Below are positions 1 through 8,662 of a DNA stretch of 45,390 nt, piece by piece. Within the stretch, counting starts at the first letter, position 1. Each line of letters opens with the position of its first letter. Made by a program: the position numbers and the translations under genes. Source of the stretch: an uncultured Pseudomonadales bacterium (lineage in GTDB: Bacteria > Patescibacteriota > Microgenomatia > UBA1400 > PJMF01); assembly GCA_964554155.1 (NCBI GenBank), contig CAZKNL010000002.1, positions 11,629 to 57,018 of the forward strand, written 5' to 3'. The notes beneath the pieces are model-generated. The model was not told the origin of the DNA. It searched no databases and was given only the letters and a program-made list of their open reading frames with translations.

Positions 1-28
1 GAAACAATAATGACTGTCAGCAACATAA

Positions 29-979
29 TCAGATTACTCGCAAAGTATTTTTAATGAATTTTTGGGAGTGCATTCTCATTTTTTGCCAAACATTTCCTTT
101 TTCTCCACTCACACTGACGCTGACACCCAGACTCACCAACACCATACTCATGATTAAAAGTGGAGAAATTTTTTCGTTAAACAATTGAGCACCAGCAAGT
201 GCGGCAAACTCAGGAGCAAGTAAAGATGTAATTGCCACAGTGGTCGATGAAACTTTATTCAATCCATACTGTAAAGTGTAGGTAAAGCCAAAGGAGACGA
301 GGGTGATTCCTAGTAAGATAAACAGAAATGTTGGTGACCAATTGACTGTGCCGTTTCCTAGTATTCCTTGAAAAATCGCGAATGGTAAGAAAAAAAGTGA
401 TAAACCAAGATATGTAATGGTAGAAATCAAAACCGGAGAAAAACTTTTTGTATACTGTTTTGAGATCACCAAGTAGAACGTGTAGAAAATCATTGCGCTA
501 AAAATCAAGCCATTTCCATACAACGTACCAAGTGCGAGTCGTTCTGCTTCTGAACGTGAGAAAAAAATCAGCAGCAATACTCCGACTAAACCAATGACAG
601 CCCCAACTGTCTTAGGAAGACTCATTTTTTCCCGAATCAAAAGAAAACCGACAATCGGGACGGTAATAGGCAGTAATGCATATACAAGTTGTGAGGCAAC
701 CACAGTGGTGTGAGTGATACCTAAAGAAAACAATGTCAAGTTTGCGCCAGCGCCAATACCCGCTAAGACTGTCAGTTTTTGAAAGTCCTTTTCCCCAACG
801 GAATGTTTATTTCGCAGTAAAACAGGTAAGAAAAGCAGAAGTGTGCCGAAACTTCTCAAGAGGCTAAAAATAAATGGGTCAGCGTAGTGTAAGCCTGTTC
901 GCACTAGTACTGGGATGACTGCTCCACCCAAGAATGCAGAAAAAATAAGTGCGAAGAGACCTTTCAGTTTAGGGTTCAT
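29..979 (-). CDS. EamA/DMT-superfamily permease
   Basis: About 316 aa and almost entirely hydrophobic, with roughly 10 TM helices in two similar halves, which is the tandem EamA architecture. I prefer the ATG at 979 to the TTG at 997, because the TTG would overlap the upstream stop at 985. Confidence 0.75.
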   Translation of the reverse strand: MNPKLKGLFALIFSAFLGGAVIPVLVRTGLHYADPFIFSLLRSFGTLLLFLPVLLRNKHSVGEKDFQKLTVLAGIGAGANLTLFSLGITHTTVVASQLVYALLPITVPIVGFLLIREKMSLPKTVGAVIGLVGVLLLIFFSRSEAERLALGTLYGNGLIFSAMIFYTFYLVISKQYTKSFSPVLISTITYLGLSLFFLPFAIFQGILGNGTVNWSPTFLFILLGITLVSFGFTYTLQYGLNKVSSTTVAITSLLAPEFAALAGAQLFNEKISPLLIMSMVLVSLGVSVSVSGEKGNVWQKMRMHSQKFIKNTLRVI

Positions 980-984
980 ATGCT

Positions 985-1584
985 TTACTGGAACCAACGT
1001 GCTCGGCCAAGTTGATAATGATATTCAGATATTTGTCGCTGACCAATCTGTTTGGCTGGGACTCCGCCAACGACAGTCCCCGCTTCTACGTTTTTAGTGA
1101 CCACTGCTCCGGCTCCAATGACTGCGCCTTTGCCAACTTTTATACCAGGTAAAATAATCACATTTGGACCAATAAAAACATAGTCTTCAATCGTGACTGA
1201 TTTTTCAATTGGCGCAAAATCTGGGTGATGAACATCATGTTGTGAATTAAAAATCATGGCTCCAGTTGCAATATCTACGTGATTGCCAATTCTGAGTGAT
1301 GCCCGACCATCTAGAACAACCCGTTCACCAATAATGGTGTCTTCACCAATCTGGATATTGCGGGGATCATAAACTCTGACTCGCATGTGAATGCTTGAAC
1401 CTTGACCAATCTTCATTCCAGACAGGCGATAGAAAAAACGACGGAAGTGATGAGAAGGAAACTCTCCCACTCCCCACCAAAGTGCGCCAGTAACAAACTC
1501 TAGCCAAATGGCAGATAACCGACTCATTCCTTTGACAAGAACTTGCCCAGCAGTCAGAGAACGACCATGTTTATCTTTGAACAT
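985..1584 (-). CDS. Left-handed beta-helix (hexapeptide-repeat) O-acetyltransferase, WcaF/LacA-like, with hydrophobic N-terminal segment
   Basis: Hexapeptide repeats are visible: IGEDTIIGERVVLDGRASLRIGNHVDIATGAMIF and VFIGPNVIILPGIKVGKGAVIGAGAVVTKNVEAGTVVGGVPAK. The N-terminal stretch LSAIWLEFVTGALWWGVG is typical of polysaccharide acetyltransferases. Confidence 0.75.
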   Translation of the reverse strand: MFKDKHGRSLTAGQVLVKGMSRLSAIWLEFVTGALWWGVGEFPSHHFRRFFYRLSGMKIGQGSSIHMRVRVYDPRNIQIGEDTIIGERVVLDGRASLRIGNHVDIATGAMIFNSQHDVHHPDFAPIEKSVTIEDYVFIGPNVIILPGIKVGKGAVIGAGAVVTKNVEAGTVVGGVPAKQIGQRQISEYHYQLGRARWFQ

Positions 1585-1601
1585 ATGTATAAGTATAAGG
1601 T

Positions 1602-2636
1602 CTATGGTTGAGGAGCAGGAGGTGGAGTTTTGCCAAGATGAGTATACCCGGCTGGAGAGATAATTCTCCCTTTGGGTGTTCGCTTGATAAAACCAACTTG
1701 AATTAGATACGGCTCTACAACTTCTTCGATGGTCCCTGGATCTTCACTCAAAGTAGCGGCAATTGTAGTCAAGCCGACTGGGCCACCGCCATGTTTCTCA
1801 ATAATTATCTTCAAAAAGCGGCGGTCATTTTCGTCTAGTCCTAGCGTGTCAACGCCAAGTGTGTCGAGGGCTGTTTTCACAATTGTTGGTGAAATCTGGT
1901 TATTCGCTTTAATTTGACTGAAGTCGCGGACCCGTTTCAACAGTTTTAAAGCAACCCTTGGTGTTCCTCGGGCTCGTCGACTGATTTCCAGGGCACTCTC
2001 TTTGTCAATCTGAATCTGCAATTTTTGAGCTGCTTTCAGCAAAATCGTGAAGAGTTCTTCAGGGTGATAGTACTCCATCCGGTGAGTCACGCCAAACCGA
2101 TCCCGAAATGGCCCAGTCAATGCACCAAAGCGAGTCGTGGCACCAACTAAAGTAAACTGAGGCAAATCCAAGCGAATAGTGCGGGCGGATGGTCCTTTAC
2201 CTAAAATAATATCAAGGGCAAAGTCTTCCATAACTGGATAGAGGGTTTCTTCTACAACTTTGGGTAGGCGGTGAACTTCATCAATAAATAAAATATCACC
2301 AGGTTGGAGACTAGTTAAAATAGCTGCCAGGTCACCAGTTTTGGTCAGAGCAGTTCCAGAAGTCATCCGGATATTGGTGCCCATTTCTTTGGCGATTAAG
2401 TGAGAGAGAGTCGTCTTACCGAGGCCAGGCGGCCCGTATAACAAGATGTGATCAATTACTTCTTTTCTAGCTTTGGCAGCTTCGATGGCAATTTGCAGGG
2501 ATTCTTTGACTGCTGTCTGGCCGTAAAACTCACCCCACTGACTAGCTCGGAGACTGGTGAAAAGTACCTCCTCCTCAGCAGAAGCTTCCGTGGCTGATTC
2601 CAAAGCAGAGTGGACGTCAAAGGGTTGATCAATCAT
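1602..2636 (-). CDS. ruvB: Holliday junction branch-migration ATPase RuvB
   Basis: Walker A motif [18 protein letters not shown] and Walker B motif [10 protein letters not shown]. The AAA+ lid and winged-helix C-terminus ([16 protein letters not shown] ... [17 protein letters not shown]) are present, and it sits next to ruvA and ruvC. Confidence 0.95.
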   Translation of the reverse strand: MIDQPFDVHSALESATEASAEEEVLFTSLRASQWGEFYGQTAVKESLQIAIEAAKARKEVIDHILLYGPPGLGKTTLSHLIAKEMGTNIRMTSGTALTKTGDLAAILTSLQPGDILFIDEVHRLPKVVEETLYPVMEDFALDIILGKGPSARTIRLDLPQFTLVGATTRFGALTGPFRDRFGVTHRMEYYHPEELFTILLKAAQKLQIQIDKESALEISRRARGTPRVALKLLKRVRDFSQIKANNQISPTIVKTALDTLGVDTLGLDENDRRFLKIIIEKHGGGPVGLTTIAATLSEDPGTIEEVVEPYLIQVGFIKRTPKGRIISPAGYTHLGKTPPPAPQP

Positions 2637-2664
2637 GTTTATAAAGTTATTCTGACACCGTGTC

Positions 2665-3234
2665 TTACATTTGTGTTAGATGAGCAAGTGCTTCTTTCAG
2701 TCCGGCTGAAGTTGTTTTGGACTCGAGTTCTAACTGAGGGATTACTCGATCAATCTGTAGTTCAGCAAAACCAAGTTGGAGCAGTGCTTCTTTGACTTCT
2801 TGATGTTGAGGTGAAAGAGGTTGTAAGTCGAGTTCCCGCAACGCTCCCAGTTTGCTCCGCAACTCGATGATAATTTTTTGGGCGAGTTTTTTGCCTACTC
2901 TGGGAACTTTACTGAAAAAACTAGTATCCGCTTGTTGAACAGCGTTGACAATTTCTGCTGAAGAAAAGTTGAGGATCTGTACAGCTGTTTTGGGACCAAC
3001 TCCTGAAACATCAAGCAGCAACTCAAATAGTGACTGCTCTTCTCTACTCGCAAACCCGTACAACTCCAGTGCATCTTCACGAACATGAGTGTGGATAAAA
3101 AGCTCGATTTGACCATCTTCACCAACCAATTGGTGCACCCGATCGGGAACTTTGACACCATATCCTACGCCTTGGCAGACGACGATGAGACTATCAAGTT
3201 GGTGAATGGCTTGTCCCTTGAGATAGGCAATCAT
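2665..3234 (-). CDS. ruvA: Holliday junction DNA-binding protein RuvA
   Basis: N-terminus is MIAYLKGQ. HhH motifs are present ([34 protein letters not shown]), with a C-terminal domain III. I chose the ATG at 3234 over the upstream TTG at 3240. Confidence 0.9.
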   Translation of the reverse strand: MIAYLKGQAIHQLDSLIVVCQGVGYGVKVPDRVHQLVGEDGQIELFIHTHVREDALELYGFASREEQSLFELLLDVSGVGPKTAVQILNFSSAEIVNAVQQADTSFFSKVPRVGKKLAQKIIIELRSKLGALRELDLQPLSPQHQEVKEALLQLGFAELQIDRVIPQLELESKTTSAGLKEALAHLTQM

Positions 3235-3241
3235 ACGCAAG

Positions 3242-3247
3242 ACTATA
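3242..3247 (-). promoter_or_regulatory. -10-like element TATAGT, 7 nt upstream of ruvA ATG 3234
   Basis: The minus strand reads GTGTATAGTCTTGCGTATG, which has the same GTGTATAnT + 7 nt + ATG layout as at 7664. Confidence 0.3.
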
Positions 3248-3260
3248 CACTAGTTGAGAG

Positions 3261-3773
3261 CTAGTTTGAAAATTCGACACTCAATGCTGTCAATGCAACA
3301 CCAATGGCATCAATCGTATCGTCGAGTTCGACCTGGACTCGTTGTTTGAGTTCTGCTGAAACTGGGCCAATCTGGAGCATGACCATTTTACGCATTGCAG
3401 TTTTGTCGGCGTGTCCATTACTAGTCACAGCAAGCTTGATCGTGCTGGGGTTAAACTCTTTGATCGAGACTTCGTGTCGGAGTAAACAACTCAGCATAAT
3501 ACCGCGCGCTTCAGCAACAGGAATGGCAGTAGAAATATTACGAGAGACATAGAGCTGTTCAATCCCACTGATTTGGACTGGATACATGGTGAGCAGACCT
3601 TCCAAAAACTCTTCGATCTGTTTGTAACGCGTCAGGCGATCAAGTTTGTGATCTGAGGTGAAACAGCCGCAGTTGATCAAGAGTGGTTTTCTTTGCCGTT
3701 CTGTCATAACTGCCCAACCAACTCGATCAAAACCAGGATCTATTCCTAAAACAATTGATTCATTTTTTAACAT
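3261..3773 (-). CDS. ruvC: Crossover junction endodeoxyribonuclease RuvC
   Basis: VLGIDPGFDRVGWAV carries the catalytic Asp, and the RNase H-like fold ends in DDTIDAIGVAL. A GAGGTG Shine-Dalgarno lies 7 nt upstream of the ATG. Confidence 0.9.
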   Translation of the reverse strand: MLKNESIVLGIDPGFDRVGWAVMTERQRKPLLINCGCFTSDHKLDRLTRYKQIEEFLEGLLTMYPVQISGIEQLYVSRNISTAIPVAEARGIMLSCLLRHEVSIKEFNPSTIKLAVTSNGHADKTAMRKMVMLQIGPVSAELKQRVQVELDDTIDAIGVALTALSVEFSN

Positions 3774-4929
3774 GACAAGACACCTCTTGGAGTTGATCCA
3801 AAATGATTTGGGCTGTTTTTTGCCAGCTAAATTTTTTCAGCTGCGCACGTCCTTTTTTCAGCATGACTGCTCGCTGTTTGGCATTCATTTTCAAAATGTC
3901 AGCGAACACATCAGCAATTTCTTGCGGATGAGTTGGGGAAACCTGAAAGCCAGCTTCACCCACCACTTCTGGTAAGCTGGAAGTATTTGCTACTACTGGG
4001 ATGGTATTGGCAGCCATTGCTTCTAAAGGTGGAATGCCAAAACCCTCATACGTTCCGATCAGGACTGCGCAAGCACTTTTTTTGTAGAGTGCATGTTTTT
4101 GTTCTTCAGTGACATATCCTAAGAGATGAATCCGATCTTTGTACTCTGATGTATCTATTGCTTTGAGTGTTTGATCAGCCAGCCAGCCAACTTTACCAAC
4201 AATAACTAGGTGGGATTGTTCTTTTTTATCTTTATGTTTGTCGGATAAAATTTCAAAGGCTTTAACTAAACGCACTAAATTTTTTCTGGGTTGGAGGGTG
4301 CCGACATATAAAATATAAGGATCAGAAGTATTGATTATTTCTTTGACCCAGCTTGCTGGAACTTTATTCTCTGTATCAGTTTCTAACTGAGGTAAAGCAG
4401 GATAGGCCACAAAGACGTCTTCTGGTGAGCGTTTGTATTCTTGAAGTATGGCGTCACAAGTAAACTGGCTGATGGTGAGTACTTTTTGGGCATGTTTAAC
4501 GCTATAGCGGGTCCACTCTTTGAGTTGGAGGGAGTCTTTTTTGCGAAATTGATCAGGAAACTTTAGAAATCCCAAATCCATGACTGAAGAAATGTATGGG
4601 ATAACGCTATACCGGGGTGCGTAGTGGCCTGGTGTGAAAAAAGCATTATATTTTTCTTGATGCATGAACAGGTGAAGTGGCAAACCAAGTTGGGTCCAAA
4701 ATGGTTGTGGAGCGATCACTTGATACTGCCAGCCTTTGCGTGCTTTTGGTAAATCATTGACTGGTGGATTGGCTAATAAAACTGTCCATTCATACTCGTT
4801 ACTATGTTCGGAGTCATCGCTTTTGCGGGTCAGTTTTTCTAAAGCATGAAGAACTTCATAGGCGTAGACATTACTGCCAACCCGTTGCTGAGTGTTTGCT
4901 TCATTGCCGTCAACTGCAAAGTGATACAT
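3760..4929 (-). CDS. GT4-family (GT-B) glycosyltransferase
   Basis: C-terminal signature YVGTLQPRKN ... SACAVLIGTYEGFGIPPLEAMAANTIPVVANTSSLPEVVGEAG, which is an E-x7-E type motif. Its 3' end overlaps the ruvC start by 14 nt. Confidence 0.85.
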   Translation of the reverse strand: MYHFAVDGNEANTQQRVGSNVYAYEVLHALEKLTRKSDDSEHSNEYEWTVLLANPPVNDLPKARKGWQYQVIAPQPFWTQLGLPLHLFMHQEKYNAFFTPGHYAPRYSVIPYISSVMDLGFLKFPDQFRKKDSLQLKEWTRYSVKHAQKVLTISQFTCDAILQEYKRSPEDVFVAYPALPQLETDTENKVPASWVKEIINTSDPYILYVGTLQPRKNLVRLVKAFEILSDKHKDKKEQSHLVIVGKVGWLADQTLKAIDTSEYKDRIHLLGYVTEEQKHALYKKSACAVLIGTYEGFGIPPLEAMAANTIPVVANTSSLPEVVGEAGFQVSPTHPQEIADVFADILKMNAKQRAVMLKKGRAQLKKFSWQKTAQIILDQLQEVSCHVKK

Positions 4930-4934
4930 CTTTT

Positions 4935-6080
4935 TTATTGTAGAGAGTTTTGGATTGCTTTTCGATAGACTTTAGTCGTTTCCTCAGCCACTCTCTCCCA
5001 GCTAAAAAGTTGTAAACGAAGAATCATTTTTTGGAGGCGAAGACGTTGGACATCCAGATTTTCGTTTAAGACGGTAGTAATGCCAGTACGAATACTCTCC
5101 ACGGAACTGGGATCAACTAATTCCGCTGCATTGCCAGCCACTTCTGGCATAGAGGAAGTATTTGAAGTCACTACTGGTGTCCCAGCATGAAACGCTTCTA
5201 AAATTGGTAAACCAAATCCTTCGTAGAGACTTGGGTACAACAATAATTCTGCTTCACCATACAGCACGGCTAGTTCTTTGTCGTTCACTTTGCCTAAAAA
5301 GCGCAACTCTGGACTTTGCAGGGCTTCTTTGAGTTGTGCAGTATCATCCCAGCCAGCCGGACCGGCGATCAGCAGTTGAACATCTGAACGCAATGGCCAC
5401 CATGCCTCAATTGCTCGGCGGAGATTTTTTCGCGGTTCACGGGTTCCGACACAGAGAATATATGGCTTATCCAACTGCAGTTTTTGCTTGATCATCTCTG
5501 ATTCATCTTCAGTCATATTTTGGCTGATACGAAGAGACTCCATTGGCAGACTCTCGTAGACAACGTGGACATCAGCTGGGTCGAACTGCAACAGTTCGAC
5601 GACATCTTTTTTAGTTGCTTGGCTGACGGCGATAATTTGGGCACGGTGTTTGTGTAGTTCTGACCAAGAACGTTGGTGCATGGCTAAGATTTTAGGATGA
5701 GCTGTTTCAGGGAACTTCAAAATTGCTAAGTCGTGAATGGTCGAAACTAACGGTAAATTTTTATCAGGTGGCTGTAGCCAGTCCCAAGAATGGAAAACTT
5801 CGAGGTCAGGAAAAATTTTGGAAATGGGATTAATGTGCAGAGTATTCCAGAAAATTTCTTGCATTGTGGGGGGTAAACTTTGAATCGTAAAGGTGTGACG
5901 GAGGGAAAGTTGGGTTACCTGGTAGGCAAAACGTTCAAGACGTACTTTTTGTCGCCAACTGGCTCCATACAGACGAAGGTGAATATCTGGATGAGCCGTT
6001 AAAGCACGGACTAAATTAGCAGTATACCGAGAAACGCCACGGTCATAAATCACTGGTGTAATATCGATCCCAACGCGCAT
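4935..6080 (-). CDS. GT4-family (GT-B) glycosyltransferase
   Basis: CVGTREPRKN ... LYPSLYEGFGLPILEAFHAGTPVVTSNTSSMPEVAG. I chose the start at ATG 6080 (MRVGIDITPV), because the longer ORF to 6140 would overlap the upstream gene. Confidence 0.85.
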   Translation of the reverse strand: MRVGIDITPVIYDRGVSRYTANLVRALTAHPDIHLRLYGASWRQKVRLERFAYQVTQLSLRHTFTIQSLPPTMQEIFWNTLHINPISKIFPDLEVFHSWDWLQPPDKNLPLVSTIHDLAILKFPETAHPKILAMHQRSWSELHKHRAQIIAVSQATKKDVVELLQFDPADVHVVYESLPMESLRISQNMTEDESEMIKQKLQLDKPYILCVGTREPRKNLRRAIEAWWPLRSDVQLLIAGPAGWDDTAQLKEALQSPELRFLGKVNDKELAVLYGEAELLLYPSLYEGFGLPILEAFHAGTPVVTSNTSSMPEVAGNAAELVDPSSVESIRTGITTVLNENLDVQRLRLQKMILRLQLFSWERVAEETTKVYRKAIQNSLQ

Positions 6081-6087
6081 AGAGTTC

Positions 6088-7614
6088 CTAGTATTCTGAA
6101 AAACCAATGATTTGTCCAGTCCGAGCATACACGCGCACAATACCTAAAGGTGTTTCTGGCGTAATTCGGTCTACTTCTTGATATCCAAATCGCTCTAAAT
6201 CTTTTTCTATCAAATGATTTGGATCAGTTAAGTCTCTGAGGTAGTCAAACACTAAGATGTACTGTGCATCAGCTAAGTTTTTGAGTCTGAGTCGATCGAT
6301 TGCAGCAGGATCTGCACTTAAGACAAAGACACCTGTTGATGCGGTAGGAAAGTGAGTCTCTCGGTTGTACCACTTCCAACTAGCAAACTGATCAGGAAAA
6401 GCAAACACAACAATACTATTTTGAGATTGGTACTTTTGGGTGATGAGTTGATGAATTCCGCGCCAGTCCTCGCGATGGTACTTTGGTTGAGTGTAGTAGG
6501 ACAGTGCCGAAAAAAGATTAATACCCAACAGGAGTAACCAACAAGTGCCTGCCGCAATTACTAAGGCAATATGTCGTTGATTTTTTTGACTAAGAAAGTG
6601 TTCTGCCAAGCTGGTCAGAAAAAGATAAAAAGCTGGTAGAGCAAACAGTACTCTTTTAGGTTGCAAAATTGGGATCCAAAAAGAAATCACCCACGCGAAC
6701 ACAATTGGCAACACTCCCCAACAGAAAAGCATAATTTGTTGTGGCTGGAACAGCTTTTTGTGTTGAAGCCATCCCAATATTCCAAAACCACTAACCAATA
6801 GTCCACCAGTTACGAGAAAAAAAGAATCAGCGGACAAATCAAGCACCCCATAAACAAACTTGCCAATGACTAAAGCGAACGACTTTAGTTGGCTAAAACT
6901 GACAATTGCTTGCCATCCGGGGAAAGTCGTGCGGAGTTGTTGACCAGCATGAAGTTGATTAAAAAATGAAGGAATCCAGGGAGCGAAACTCAGACAGACA
7001 AGGATCAAAGCAAGGCCGATCTTATTCAGAGCGCGTCTGTTTCGGTGGTATGTCCACCCTAACCAAATCACTTGGCCGAGCAAAACAAAAAAGTAGAGAT
7101 ACGAACTATACAAACCTAAACCGCTCACTACTCCCCATAAAGTGAGGAAGTTGAGTTTTTTAAGTTGTTGTTGCTGAAATTTAAGCAAAAATAACCAGCT
7201 TAATCCAGCAAACATCGTTGGCAAACTATAGGGACGCAGTTCCTGGGAATAAAAAATGTGAAAAGAAGAAGTAGCAAGTAGCAGACCAGCTAACCAGCCG
7301 GTTCGACGAGAAAAAAGTTGTTGACCAAGTTGAATGGTTAGCCAAACAGTAATAATTCCTGGGATCAAGGCTACTCCAAATCTTAACCAAGCTTCTGAAC
7401 TGGAGACTTTTAACAATCCAAAAACCAGGAAGTGAATCAACGGTGGTTGGAAATCATCTCTGATTTGCAGCTGTTGGTTAAAAGGACGACTGCTTTCTAA
7501 AGCTTGAGCTGCTTCGTCAAGCCAAAATGAGCTGCCTAACAAAGGCAATCGTAAAACTGTGGCAAAAAGCAAGATCACGAAAGTCACACCAGATGTAAAA
7601 GAAAGTTTCTTCAT
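6088..7614 (-). CDS. GT-C-fold membrane glycosyltransferase, ArnT/PMT_2 (GT39/GT83)-like
   Basis: About 12 TM helices. The first-loop motif is FWLDEAAQALES followed by DDFQPPLIHFLV, which matches the classic DE...PPL pattern of PMT_2 proteins. There is a soluble C-terminal domain of about 110 aa. Confidence 0.72.
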   Translation of the reverse strand: MKKLSFTSGVTFVILLFATVLRLPLLGSSFWLDEAAQALESSRPFNQQLQIRDDFQPPLIHFLVFGLLKVSSSEAWLRFGVALIPGIITVWLTIQLGQQLFSRRTGWLAGLLLATSSFHIFYSQELRPYSLPTMFAGLSWLFLLKFQQQQLKKLNFLTLWGVVSGLGLYSSYLYFFVLLGQVIWLGWTYHRNRRALNKIGLALILVCLSFAPWIPSFFNQLHAGQQLRTTFPGWQAIVSFSQLKSFALVIGKFVYGVLDLSADSFFLVTGGLLVSGFGILGWLQHKKLFQPQQIMLFCWGVLPIVFAWVISFWIPILQPKRVLFALPAFYLFLTSLAEHFLSQKNQRHIALVIAAGTCWLLLLGINLFSALSYYTQPKYHREDWRGIHQLITQKYQSQNSIVVFAFPDQFASWKWYNRETHFPTASTGVFVLSADPAAIDRLRLKNLADAQYILVFDYLRDLTDPNHLIEKDLERFGYQEVDRITPETPLGIVRVYARTGQIIGFSEY

Positions 7615-7622
7615 TTCTATTC

Positions 7623-7631
7623 ATCATAGCA
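7623..7631 (-). promoter_or_regulatory. Extended -10-like element TGCTATGAT, 8 nt upstream of ATG 7614
   Basis: The reverse complement of ATCATAGCA is TGCTATGAT. There is no Shine-Dalgarno between it and the ATG. Confidence 0.4.
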
Positions 7632-7650
7632 GCATCTTGTCGCATTCGTG

Positions 7651-7656
7651 TATACT
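7651..7656 (+). promoter_or_regulatory. -10-like element TATACT, 7 nt upstream of ATG 7664 (uxs)
   Basis: The sequence reads gtgTATACTtttccagATG with no Shine-Dalgarno. Confidence 0.4.
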
Positions 7657-7663
7657 TTTCCAG

Positions 7664-8662
7664 ATGCAAAGCTACTTCCAAAATAAAAAAGTACTACTGA
7701 CTGGTGGAGCAGGATTCATTGGTTCTCATCTGGCTGAACAACTCGTTCAGCTCGGTGCCCAAATCACTGTTGTTGACAACTACCTTACAGGTTCTCCCGA
7801 AAATTTAGTTGGCTTAGCAGTCCAACAGATTGAAGCAGATGTCAGTCAACCTGTAGTCAACTATCTTCCAGCAAATTATATTCCTGATTTCATTCTCCAC
7901 TTTGCTTCGCCAGCCAGCCCAGTTCACTACCAAGTGCACCCAATTGAAACATATTCTGTGAATAGTTTTGGCACCCATTATCTTCTGCAGTTCTTGTTAA
8001 AGGTGAATCCGCAAGGTCGTTTCCTGTTTGCCAGTACCTCGGAAGTGTATGGTGATCCGCTGATCCATCCTCAATCAGAATCCTACTGGGGAAATGTGAA
8101 TCCAAATGGTCCCCGCTCACACTACGATGAAGCCAAACGCTTAGGCGAGACAATCTGTGGCGTTCACCAAAAACTAGGAATAGATGTGCGGATTGTGCGC
8201 ATCTTTAATACCTATGGTCCGCGGATGGATATCAACGATGGACGAGTAATTCCCAACTTAATTTCTCAAGCGTTGAAACATCAACCATTCACTATTTATG
8301 GTCAAGGCAAGCAAACTCGTTCGTACTGCTACATTAGTGACTTGGTTGATGGACTGCTTCGTTTTGCCAGTCAAGAAGGCCTCAGTGGGCAAACAATCAA
8401 TCTCGGTAATCCTGAGGAAAGAACTGTGCTGGAAACTGCTCAAGTGATTCAACAGGTTGTTAATCAAGCTACAGCTGTCGAAGAACAACTTCCCCTAGAA
8501 TACAAACCACTTCCTCAAGATGATCCAACTCGTCGGCAGCCTGACATTACTAAAGCCAGACAGTTGTTAGACTGGCAACCAAAAGTCAATTTTCAAGAAG
8601 GTTTACTCAAAACAATTGAGTACTTTCGCCGCAAAAACACTAGTACTGAAACCAGCGCGTAA
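7664..8662 (+). CDS. uxs: UDP-glucuronate decarboxylase (UDP-xylose synthase), extended SDR
   Basis: GGAGFIGSHL Rossmann motif, then ASTSEVYGDPLIHPQSESYWGNVNPNGPRSHYDEAKRLGE, which is a near-consensus UXS block with catalytic T/S-E and YxxxK. I chose the start at ATG 7664 (MQSYFQNKKVLLTGG). The ORF from 7559 would overlap the divergent gene. Confidence 0.85.
   Translation: MQSYFQNKKVLLTGGAGFIGSHLAEQLVQLGAQITVVDNYLTGSPENLVGLAVQQIEADVSQPVVNYLPANYIPDFILHFASPASPVHYQVHPIETYSVNSFGTHYLLQFLLKVNPQGRFLFASTSEVYGDPLIHPQSESYWGNVNPNGPRSHYDEAKRLGETICGVHQKLGIDVRIVRIFNTYGPRMDINDGRVIPNLISQALKHQPFTIYGQGKQTRSYCYISDLVDGLLRFASQEGLSGQTINLGNPEERTVLETAQVIQQVVNQATAVEEQLPLEYKPLPQDDPTRRQPDITKARQLLDWQPKVNFQEGLLKTIEYFRRKNTSTETSA

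Noticed and set aside
6081-6140. Longer N-terminal extensions offered by the ORF track at 6140, 7559, 22227, 38007, 27908, 27139, 3240 and 997.
   Set aside because: Each extension starts at TTG or GTG, or overlaps the neighbouring gene. In each case a downstream ATG gives a family-typical N-terminus and a clean junction, which is either a short gap or an ATGA overlap.
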